NCBI GenBank assembly: GCA_965153455.1
Contig: OZ234493.1
Coordinates: forward strand, 15,986,213-16,050,212
Reading direction: 5' to 3'
DNA from: Sphagnum compactum
Lineage: Eukaryota
DNA: 64,000 bases
Shown here: one piece after another, positions 13,030 through 23,800 of the stretch
Position numbering within the stretch: the stretch's first letter is position 1
How the letters are laid out: the number at the start of each line of letters is the position of its first letter
Position numbers and translations under genes: made by a program
The notes under the pieces: model-generated
The model's input: the letters and a program-made list of their open reading frames with translations, nothing else
What the model was told of the DNA's origin: nothing
Databases searched by the model: none

Positions 13030-15250
13030 GGACAAAAAATGCAATAAAAATCGATGGCCGGAACCATCACACAGAAGACAAAAGGGAAGGCCAAAGAAAG
13101 GCCAACAGACACACAACCCACATAAACCAAAAAAGGGAAAAAGTTAGTCCCTCTCATGGTAGGAAGTTATCTCACCCATGGCCCTTCTAATGTCACCTAC
13201 ATGCAAATCTTGAGATCTAAAAACAATAGGAGGTCTAGAACAAGCAATTCTCGCCAAAGTAATCTTCCTCTCTATAACAGAAGTTAAAGCATGTTGAAGA
13301 ATAATATTAACATGTTGCCTGAAAAACTAAATGCAAAAAGACAAGGACAAATGACCTTTCGATCATCTATCGTGGAAAAGACAAACACATTTTTTGATGA
13401 AACAATCCATATCACGCCTGGGTGCGTTACACACCTCCATGGTCATCAAAATAAAATGGTGCCCTTCATGAAGCCCTTTATATTTATGAATATTAGCAAT
13501 TGCGTAAAATTTCGCAACTGCACCTACTGGTCAACTTATAACATTCATAACCATTGTTTCACATGTCGAGTCAATAACCATCACATCAGTAATAAAAACC
13601 CGGTCTTCACAAATCATGTAGAAATTGGTTCGTAATGAAATTTTTGACATAAGGGCATACCATCACTTTCTCCATACAACGTGTCCACTATTTCAAGTGA
13701 AAGCATACATGATGTCTCTGATGGTGTCATGTGTGGTTATCCATTGACCTCCAAATAGACAATGTGGTAAATGCATGCCATATGTGTCTAACCCATGTCC
13801 ACACTCACACATGAGAAGATTAAATGTTGAATGTTAAATCAAACTAAGATGAAAACGCATCATTGAGGTGAAAGTAAAGTGTGTGATGCAAAATAAATGG
13901 ATAGATGGCTTAACAATCAATTATAGCCCCACATTCTGACCTGAACAAGAACAAATGTAGGATCTGGAAATAGAGGAAATGGAGTCATCTTTCAAAATAA
14001 ACCTAAAAGAGATGTCATGATGGATGTCCATCAAAGATGCTTATAAACTTGAGGCATTAGTAACTGCTAAACTTTCAAAAGAAAGGTGCATTTCTCTAAT
14101 TACGGGATGAAGGCTATTCCAAATTACACAAAGGCATGACATAAAGAGGTGTGGGCCCCCCTCAACCTAAGAAACATATTCCTCCAAAACGGGTCTATTG
14201 AAAATACAAAACTTGAAGCATAAATACGGAGCCACCAAAGCCCAACTCCTTAAAAAAGCAAGTGAGGCACAATCTTCCATAAATAAAAGGTTTATGCCAC
14301 TAAAGGAGATTGGTAAGTCAGGCATGACGTGCTGCTATGGACCCTTAAATAAACTCCCATGATCCTAGACCCATAATGTCTCCACATACATGTAAAATTC
14401 CTTTGTTAAAGGTAGTACTGCCAGTGTGAAATAAGGTTGACGAACCACACATGAAGACAAAATGCCCAATGCAACTTGTACATCTCACAAAAGAGGAAGA
14501 TCATCAATATGCGCCACATCTTGAGATAAAACCTCATTCAAAAAATAGGTGATAAAGTCCTGAGAGCCCACTGGCACACCCAAAATGCATAAACCATCTA
14601 TGACCAAAGTGTAACCATGAGGAATCTTTATGTTTAAAGAGATCCCTCATGGACTTTAAAGCTTACACTTTGACACTTTGACCCTAAGCCCAACTAGGGC
14701 TAATTGGGTTGAAAGGTGGTCAAAGGCAAACACAACCTCATTCATAGGGCCCATAATGTGGGTATCGTTTGCTAAGGATGGAAAGACACAGCTAGGGTCT
14801 CGCGTAATGGTCTCTACGAATGTTCAATAATGGGCTAAAGCAAATAAAAGACTACCTAGGGGGGTCACCTTGCCTTGTGCCTGAAGATGACTCAATAATG
14901 GTGATCCTTCCTCATGTTGCCCATGTTGGTAGTAAAGAGAAAAATGAACACCATAAAACAACTTGGTAAAGGGGACAATGTTTGCCAAAGGTCCCCTGGC
15001 ATCGCATGATCTTTTAATAACAATTCGAGAAATGCTATTAAAAGCGTTTTCAACATTAACTTGCATCACAACCCAACCAAGGTGTAGGTTGAAAAGGGCT
15101 TTAATGTCAAAAATGATGGTCTCACAACCTTCAAGGGTCAAAATTTTGAATTAATGGGGGGATAGGTGTTTTTGAAATGGCCCCTAAAGTTGTAGGACAA
15201 TGGAACGACTAAGAAGGCGAAAAAACACCTCGCTTGTGGCAATATGATGC
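13030..15250 (-). mobile_element. 5'-truncated, decayed CRE-clade (RLE-bearing) non-LTR retrotransposon
   Basis: The minus strand gives RT motifs IATSEVFFRL, GCETII, MQVNVENAFNSISR, QGDPL-like and SLANDTHI. These are followed by a CxC..H..C..HD zinc knuckle, an RLE region and a T-rich 3'UTR homologous to 35400-36006. Confidence 0.75.
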
Positions 15251-16171
15251 ACTTAGACTCCCTAACCCATGTTTAGACATGCCACTTAGCTTAAACCAAC
15301 TTAATTAAGTAGATCATGTTGTGCCATTTAATCATGTGTACATTTTAATTGTCAAACGAAACACAAATGACCATGCCATGTAAGTATATGTCACTACTAT
15401 ACATTTTAGTTGTAGAAACCAATCATAAATGATTGTATTATGTAAGTTGGATGAAAAATGTATGTAAATCACACCTCAATGCAATTGTTGTTCTAACTTG
15501 GCGCCATGTAATGTCTTTTGTAACTAAAATTTAATATGATTAATCCAAGGCAATTAAAAAAATTTGCAATCACATGTGTCATTAACAATTGAAAAATAGT
15601 TGAAAAACTAGTCATTAATATGTCATTCTTTGTAATGATAATTATAAATTTGTAGTCATTTTATAGAATCCTATGCCTGGTGGATAAAAAAGTTTTATAA
15701 TTGGGTTGTCATATGTATTCTTGAACATAGTTGGTACATCACTTATGAATGCATAAAATTTAAATGTTGTTTATTGATTAAAAATAGGGCAACAATGATT
15801 GCAACAATGGGAATAACTCCATCCACCCATCCATGTGGTTGCTTTCATCCTCCATCCATGGAAGCAAAATTTCTTATTTCTTCTATATCTTGCTTATTGA
15901 TTTTTATTTGTTCATTTTATTTTTTCTATTTGATGTGCATTACTTTATTAAAACATTTTTGTTTTGTTTTTGTTTTGTTTGATGCTTGTATTAGTTTTTA
16001 TGCATTTCCCTTCTTTTGTGTTGTGAATTGTTTTTTTATCTACCCCTTGCCCCCCACCCTTTTTTTTTTTAGTTAAAAATCCATTAGTTTTCATCCATTG
16101 CCTTTGTTTTTTCCTTTATTTGATGTTAATTGGTTTTTATCCATTCCTTTTTTCCCCTATGTGATGTTTGA

Positions 16172-16207
16172 ATACCTGTCTCCGTCTTTTGGCTAAGATC
16201 AAGTGTA
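16172..16207 (+). pseudogene. U2: 3'-truncated U2 snRNA retrocopy (first 36 nt) with a 15-bp TSD
   Basis: ATACCTGTCTCCGTCTTTTGGCTAAGATCAAGTGTA matches the recalled plant U2 5' end ATACCTTTCTCGGCCTTTTGGCTAAGATCAAGTGTA with 3 mismatches. It is flanked by CTATGTGATGTTTGA at 16157-16171 and 16208-16222. Confidence 0.88.
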
Positions 16208-16832
16208 CTATGTGATGTTTGATATATTTTATTCATTTTGGTTCTTTTAGTTGAATTTTGATATATTCTTATTGATTCATTTCAATTTAAATAATATTGT
16301 TATATAAGCATTTGCCATTTAGATTGCAATTTTTTCATCTTTTGGTTGAAAAAGGTTATCTTTGGCAAAATCACCTTCTTGCCTACCAATATTCGACATC
16401 CTTCACCCTTTGCTTGCTCCTATACCTTTGTTTGCATCATAAGGAACATATTCCTTGCATATTCATAATGTTCAAATTCATAAGTGACATAGAGATTTCT
16501 TGAATCTCTTCAATAGATTGTTGAAATGAGTTCAGTTTGATGAACTTACATCGGATCTACTTATTTTCAGTAGGTTCAAATTCATGACCATCACTTTCAA
16601 CCATTTCTTGCTCTTTGAAGTTTGGTGTTGTATGCTTGCCTAAAGTTTGGTGCACTATTGTTGCAATGAAGAAATTTGGAGATAATAAGAAGCGCAACCA
16701 CACAATTTCACAAGCATGAGGATCCACTTTGGTGAATGACAACCCATCGTCAATTTATTTGGCCTAAACTTAACACCATAGTTTCCATGTTTTTTTTTGA
16801 AAATGAACTATGTTTTGAAAATAATTGTTGTT

Positions 16833-17079
16833 ATATTAATAGGAAAATTTTAAATTCACACCTTTTTTGGTTAAATTCACACCCTTTGTTTATGCATCAG
16901 TCAGCATGTGCCAGACGTTCGGCAAGGTCTTCCTTCTAAAAGCCCATTCCAAAGTCATTATGCCCTTCAAGCAAGGTCTTCCTTCTAAAAGCCCCTTCCA
17001 AAGTCATTATGCCCTTTCTTTATTGAAGGGTGTGAATTTAACCAAAAAAGGTGTGAATTAAAAATTTTCCTATTAATAT
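16833..17079. mobile_element. MITE-like element (~247 bp) with ~55-bp TIRs
   Basis: ATATTAATAGGAAAATTTTAAATTCACACCTTTTTTGGTTAAATTCACACCCTT pairs with AAGGGTGTGAATTTAACCAAAAAAGGTGTGAATTAAAATTTTCCTATTAATAT. The interior contains a ~49-bp tandem duplication (CAAGGTCTTCCTTCTAAAAGCCC...GCCCTT). Confidence 0.8.
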
Positions 17080-17269
17080 TTCATTTAACATTCACATGAC
17101 ACGTCACACTCCATGTCACCTTTAGTGTTATGTCTAACGCCAAGTGTGAACACCCATTAAGTTAACATTGTTCTAACATCTAGTTAGCACTAGTACTAGT
17201 ACACTTAGTTAGCATTAATAAGTACTATGCATGCACCATGATGTACTTAACGTGCACAATTATGTACTT

Positions 17270-17705
17270 AATTTGAAAAGAAGGAAAACCAAGGTCCCAT
17301 GGGAGTCCATCATATGGAAGGAAGGAAAACTGAGGTCCCATGGGAGTCCTCAATCTAAAAAGAAGGAAAAACTGAGGTCCCATGGGGGGTCTTAATCTGA
17401 AAAGAAGAATAACTGAGGTCCCATGAAGGTTGTTAATACGAAAAGATGGAAAACGGAGGTCCCATGGGGGTCCTTAATCTGAAAAGATGGAAAACAAAAG
17501 AAGGAAAACCGAGGTCCCATGAGAGTCCTTAATCGGAAAAGAAGGAACAATGGAGGCCTCATGGGAGTCCGTAACTTGAAAAGAAAGAAAATTGAGGTGT
17601 CATGGGAGTCCTTAATTATGAAAAGAAGGAAAAAATCGAGGTCCCATGAGAGTCCTTAATTTGAAATGGAAGAGAAAATCGAGGTCCTCTTCTTTTTGGG
17701 ACCTG
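17270..17705. repeat. Tandem array of ~41-bp units (~10 copies) in the SCD1 promoter
   Basis: Consensus GAAAAGAAGGAAAACTGAGGTCCCATGGGAGTCCTTAATCT with 7 exact GGTCCCAT. The array ends ~170 bp before the SCD1 ATG. Confidence 0.92.
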
Positions 17706-17875
17706 GTTCCTCTCCTCGATTCTGATTTTCCTCCATCAAGCAGCAACCTCCTCGTTCGCAGTTGTTGTTCGCATTGCGTGGCTCTTCCCGTTGTGTCCCG
17801 TTGTGTTGCGGATCGCTGTTGTTTGCTTTCGTTGATGTATGTGAAGAAGATCGTGATTCTTTCGCGCGCGCAGCG

Positions 17876-20800
17876 ATGGCGCGGCTAGTGGACTACTTCG
17901 TGGTGTGTGGGTTGGGGCCTGATCTGCATGCCATCGATGGCTCGCGGGGCTTTCAAGGAACTGGTATGAGGTACCAGCCGGCGCTTCTGGACCAGTTCCC
18001 TCCTCTGGCCACGCCGGAATGTCATCCACCTCCTCCACAGTTACCTCTGGTAAGCAAGCAAGCAAGCAAGCAAGCAAGCTTTTGGGGAAAAAAAAAACTA
18101 GCAAGGTTGTCAGTCCTTTTGCCGATCCGATCTCGTGCTTTCTCTTCCTCTTTTATCTTGGGGAGCTTGCTCTCTAGAGGGTTCTTGTCCAATGTGGGAG
18201 CAATGCGTAGGTTGATAGAGTTGCGTTTTAGGGTTAGAGTTTGACTGAGAGTTTTTTGGATGCAGTGTGTGCTGCCAGGAGGAGTGGAGATTTATTCCAC
18301 GGGACCCAATTCGCAAGATCCTAGTAGCTTCCCTCGTAGCTATCCCATTGTGCTCACAGGTTTGCATTCACCATATTGTGATTAGTGCAAGTCTTACAAT
18401 CTGCAGTGTATTTTTTTGGCCCCCCCCTTTTGCACAGATCTCAGTAATCTGCATTAGTTGCTGTGATGTTACATGTGCAAGGTTACAAAAGATGAGCTGA
18501 AGGCCAGCTTATTAGGGTTTGGTCTTGAGCAAATGTCTCTGTGGCCCTGCTGCCTGGTTCAGATGGAGATGGATCCAAGATTTATGTGAGTTGTGTGGCG
18601 TTTCGGGACCCGGTGGATGATGATGTTGCTCAGGCCTATAGCATCCCTCCGAATTCCTATGTGGATAAGTGCATCTGTCTTGTTTCCCACTCCGCTTGTT
18701 TCCAGGTTTTCCGGGAGGCTCTTGAGGAGCTGCATCGTAGATGTTTCTCAGCCTCTGGATGCAGGTGCCAATATCTTTGATCTCTAATCGTTCTTAGCAG
18801 CTGTAGATCTTCTGACACTCAGTCCAGCATTTCAGATGTGCAGCTGTAGTTGCAGGCAATATGTCTAGGAGAGTTGGGCGAGTAGAGTTCTTGACACACT
18901 CATGAAATAACAGCAAATGGACCATAACTTGCCCAATAATGTACCCCTATATGCATGGGCTCCTCATTGCTGTATATCCTTGGTTGTTTATTTGACCTTT
19001 GGCTTTAGTCAGAACTCTCCTGATCAGTGGAATGTCCAAAGCCAAAATCAGCAGAAGAACCCCTGGCTCTTGAACAAGGAGACAAGAATGCGGAGATGGT
19101 TTTGACACATCAGGCATTCTTGTGGCTGGTGATTTTGTATGCAGCAAACCAATTTGGGATATTGTTGCGCATATGGTAACATCTGTTCCACTGCCAAGTG
19201 CTGGAAAAAGCCAGATATTGTTCACAGTGGAAAATCACCTCCTGACAGTACAAGCTCCACTAAAGGGGGGCCTGCCTCATGCAGATGTACGCCACTTAAC
19301 ATTACTGTGTTTGAGTTGTGGAATGACTCCAAAATTGAGCTGCTAACCTTTCTCAGGTGGCTGCAGATGTCATTTGAGCCACTTGTCCGATGCTTGGATG
19401 TTGACAATGTGCTTCGCTTCTTCACTGCAATTCTTCTTGAACGGCGTGTGCTTGTGCGTGCCAACAAGTAGGTGTTCCTTTGCTATTTTCTATACAAGTG
19501 ACACAAGTTAAGAATAACAAATTTCACAAAACAACTTTCTGAACTCTAAGCATGCTCGGGTCACAAGTAGTTGTTTTGAATAGTAAATTCTAGATTTTGA
19601 TGCTTGTTGTTCCTGGAAATGATAGGATGTTGGGAATGTATGGGGTAGGTACTCAGTGCTGACAATGGTGGCAGAGGCTGTCTGCCACCTCATATACCCA
19701 ATCAAGTGGCAGGTGAGTGAATGTATGACTTGATAGGCAGCTAAATTTTGAAGAAGCTTATGTTCACAAGCTTGTTGCAGTGTGAACGAGGATACAACTA
19801 AATTTTTTGATACGGTATCTCTATTGGGTGCTGGCCAAAATCACAACTGATTCTTTCCATTGTGACATAAACTCAGGACACAGATTTTTTGTGTTTGCCA
19901 GAAATTTTGAGCTTTATATTATATACTCATTTACACCCACCATTGGGAGCTGATGACATCAGTGGGAAATAATGGCAGTTGGTTACTGCCATTCCTGATT
20001 AAGGTTATGGTCTGATACTTTTTTGGGTCAGACTCATAAGGTTATGATTACACTCATTCTTGTCAAGTTTATTTTGGTTTTACTGGAACTGACACAATAG
20101 TTGCCTTTGAAGTTTTGTCGTGGAGTTTGATTGTCATTCATTGTGACTGTGATGGTCTATTGCTTCCTGATTGACACTCATCAGCTTATGAATGAACTCA
20201 TTCTTGTCCTGTTCATGTTGTTTTACTGAAAGTGACATAATAGTTACCTTCAAAGTTTTACTGTGGAGTTTTCTCTCTAATCTCATAGATATGTGGCTTG
20301 ATAAGCATGGATTGTTGGTTTGTGGATTTTGAGGAATTGCTGTGGATTGCAGCATGTATACATTCCAGTCCTTTTTTATGCTGGAGTCGACTACATTGAT
20401 GCACCCACTCCATATCTGATGGGCCTGCACTCAGCTGTGGATACTACAGATTTGACTATGGATGGGGTATGCTTCTTTGCTGTTCTGTTTTGATCACAGT
20501 TGACTTTTCTTTTGGTGGCTTTCTGCAATTTAAGTTGAGAACATTGCAAGCAGTGCTGTTGACTGCTCACTAGAGCCTCTATGAAGTTCAAGTATGTGCT
20601 CAAAGTTTGTAAGGAGAAGAAGCTATGTATGTTATGATCACAGTGTGTCATATTTTTGAGGTTTTAATGTTGTTGTTAGGTGGTGGTGGTGAACCTGGAC
20701 AATAATCAAGTGGACTTCACACCAGAGGATATACCAGCATTGCCAGAGCCGGAAGGAAGCCAACTACGGGCAGCACTTTTGCAGTTGGTGCATCCTAATT

Positions 20801-23800
20801 TGGTCCAATTGGACTGTGCTCAGTCATCTGATTCCTACCTCTGCCGCTTTTCAAAGCCTTGGTGCCAGGACCATGACCGTGAACTGAGGTAACTGTGTCT
20901 ATGATGTAAGACCATGCTGTCCCTGTTATTTCACTGCCCATTTCCTTCTCACCTTGGATAATGTTCTACAGGGTGGGTATTGGTTTAGATTGTGCTGAAT
21001 GTTGACTTTAGGTGCCAGGTCCCAAAGTTTTGATGACTTGTACAACTGAGACTGCTGGATTCTGGAGATCTTACAAAAGCTACTGACTTTGTTTCTTGTG
21101 AGCCTAATTAATTCGAGAAAGGTTGCTGGATTAGAACTTCCTATTTAACTTCCATCTGTTGATGAATATCTAGGCTGCTCCATCTTGACCTCTTGGCTCC
21201 TGATTGCAGGCTTATTTTTCTGCAGTTCTTAGCTTCAATTCTAAGTGGATATCGTGACTTTGTGGTAAGCTTTCCTGTCTGGATTGTTGTGGCTTGAATG
21301 AGGACACTACTGATGCTAGCTGACATCATTACTAAGTTATCCAATTGCTACTGGAAATGTGACATAAACTCAGCATGATTAGGATGACACTCATTCTTGT
21401 TGTGTTCATTTTGGTGTTGCTGTAACTGACACAATAATTCCCTTCAAAGTACTCTTCTGGAGTTTTTGTCATTGTTGCATGGATATGTATGAATTGCTGT
21501 GATCTGATGGGTGCAGATATGCAATGTGTTTTCTCTGTTCATGGTTTCCATTCACTGAGCTGTACTTGGATATTTGGCAATTATGGGTTCAAGCTTTGCA
21601 ATAAAGTCTTCTTTCTGGTTCCTTTCAGGATACTTCCCATGAAGCAACAAATGTGTTCAATACTCAGGCATTTCTGAAGAAGCGTTCAAGGATAACCAAT
21701 GTTTCATCAGATGATATGGTAATACCCAGGTTATTTAAATATGCCTTGTGGCTTAAACCACACAGCACTGATCAAGGACTAAGTTTGTTTGGAGCACATT
21801 GAGTCTTGGAGCATGTTTCTGACATGGAGCTGAAAGCTGTGGGTTGATGCAGGTGGGCCAACTCTTAGGAACAATAAACTTCATGGATTTCCTAGAAAGA
21901 GGTCATGGGGCTGTAGAGGCAGGACCTAATCTGTTGGACAAGTTGCAAATAGCCATGGCACGTGGTGAAGGCCCTATAAGTGTATTGTCAGTCCTGGCTG
22001 GGGAGCGTGAAATCCTTACTGTTTCAGATGCAAGCAGCCAGGGCCCAGGTAGGAAAGCACTTGTTTGCACTTTCTGTATTGAAGAATTCTTCCCAGTGAG
22101 GGATTTGTAAGAACTGAATGTTTTTTCCCTTGTCGGCAGTGTCCAGACACAGACATTGTTATGATCGCTTTCCTGCAAATATTAGGACTCCTGCCCAAGA
22201 TGAAAAACGAAGGGCCACTTTGACAGCTGCAGCTACCATTTCACCGTAAGCTATTGACATGCTTCAGAATTTGTGTCAAGCCAAACCCTGCTGAAGTAGT
22301 AGCATCGTGTAAAAGAATAGAACATGCTTGGATTTGGCGGTGGTAAGTGAGCTTGTTCAGTGAGCCAGCTATTCTGTCTTTTCACTAGCATCTTTCTTTG
22401 TAAAATGCAGCTCTTTTTCAAGAAGAGCAAGAGAAGGAGAGCACTCAAAAGAAAGAGCTGTGAGTCCATTTGACAACCCTTTTCCCCTTGGATGTGTCTT
22501 CAATTTTGGAGTTTAAGCTTTGTATGCCAAAGTTGTATTGTTGACCACTTACATCCAATTTGGCTGTTTGTCTATCTTGTGTGAAGGCTGAGCGAGAGCT
22601 CATGGTTCTTGACATCAAAGTCAAGCTACAGGTTTGTCACTTTCTGGATAGAGACTGTCTGTCTTTTTGGATCAATGGCTCATTCACAGAGTTGAACAAG
22701 AAACTGGTGTTGGTCATTGGACTTATCTAGAACCATATTCTCTCTTGCAGGGTTTATGGAAGCGCCTCATCAATCTCAGTGGTGCAGAGGATCCCCTTTC
22801 ATCTTCTGAGTATGGAACCATCTTTGGTACGTATCAGCCTGTCTTCTGTTCTTCTTTTCGTGAGGTATCCACTGTTAGGAAAGTAGATGTCTTTGTTAAA
22901 GGTGCTGTGGGTGTGGGTGTCTTTGTGGTAGTTATCAAATGGGCCAGTGAATTTCTTAAACTGTAAGTATGGAGAAGTTCTCAGTACTTCCAAAGATATC
23001 TATTTTACTGTCACTGAACATGTGTGACTGTTGGGTGTTCAAACAACTCATTTTTTTCCTCTGTTATTTGGGGTTGGGGTCTTGTCTTTTCCCTGTTAGC
23101 TGATATGTTGTTGGATCTGAAATCTGTAATATACTTACTTTCTTACAATCTGTGAATTCTATTTAGTTTGACTTAAATCACAAGTATCAGGAAATTCTCA
23201 ATACTCATGGAGATATTGTCTGTTGTATTTTGAGCTAGTCTGTTGATTCCATGGTTAATGTCTTTTGCTGTCATAATTGTGTCATGTCTCATCATGTGTC
23301 TTGTGGTTGATTGACAGCTTTGATAGAGTCAGATGCGGAGGGCATCGGTGGCAGTGGATTGGTGGAATGCTTAAGAGAGCACATTCAATCAGTAAGTATG
23401 AACTACTCTTGGGAGCCTTTGGTGGTGTTATGTGCATCGTTATTCTTACTTTGAAAAATGGTGTGCATGTGTGTAGGGCTGGCGATGCGATTTAACAGAC
23501 CAGCAGTTTATGGCTGTCAAAGAACTGGTGAGTGAGATCCTAAACCTTGTCCATGTGGTCATTCATATATGTCATGACATACATTCTGGTGTGATTGTTT
23601 TTACCTATCGTGATGCATTTCTATGTAACACATAGGTGTGGCTTCTTTTGCAGATGAAAACAACAATAAATAGGGCAACTATGCGCGGTGATATGCCAAC
23701 TGTCTGTGGCGCTTTGGAAATCACAGCAGAAATTTATCGCAAAGATTTGGGCAATGTTACTGACTACATCCAACGGCACCTTGGAACTTTGCCTGTTTGG

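Noticed and set aside
15250..16222. U2 fragment as the target of a U2-specific retrotransposon (Utopia/Keno type) linked to the neighbouring CRE copy
   Set aside because: The U2 piece is ~900 bp from the element, has its own TSD, and no 3' part of U2 is seen at the element's other end.
17270..17705. CRISPR-like appearance (conserved palindromic core with variable intervals)
   Set aside because: The intervals are homologous to each other rather than unique spacers, there are no cas genes, and the context is a eukaryotic promoter.
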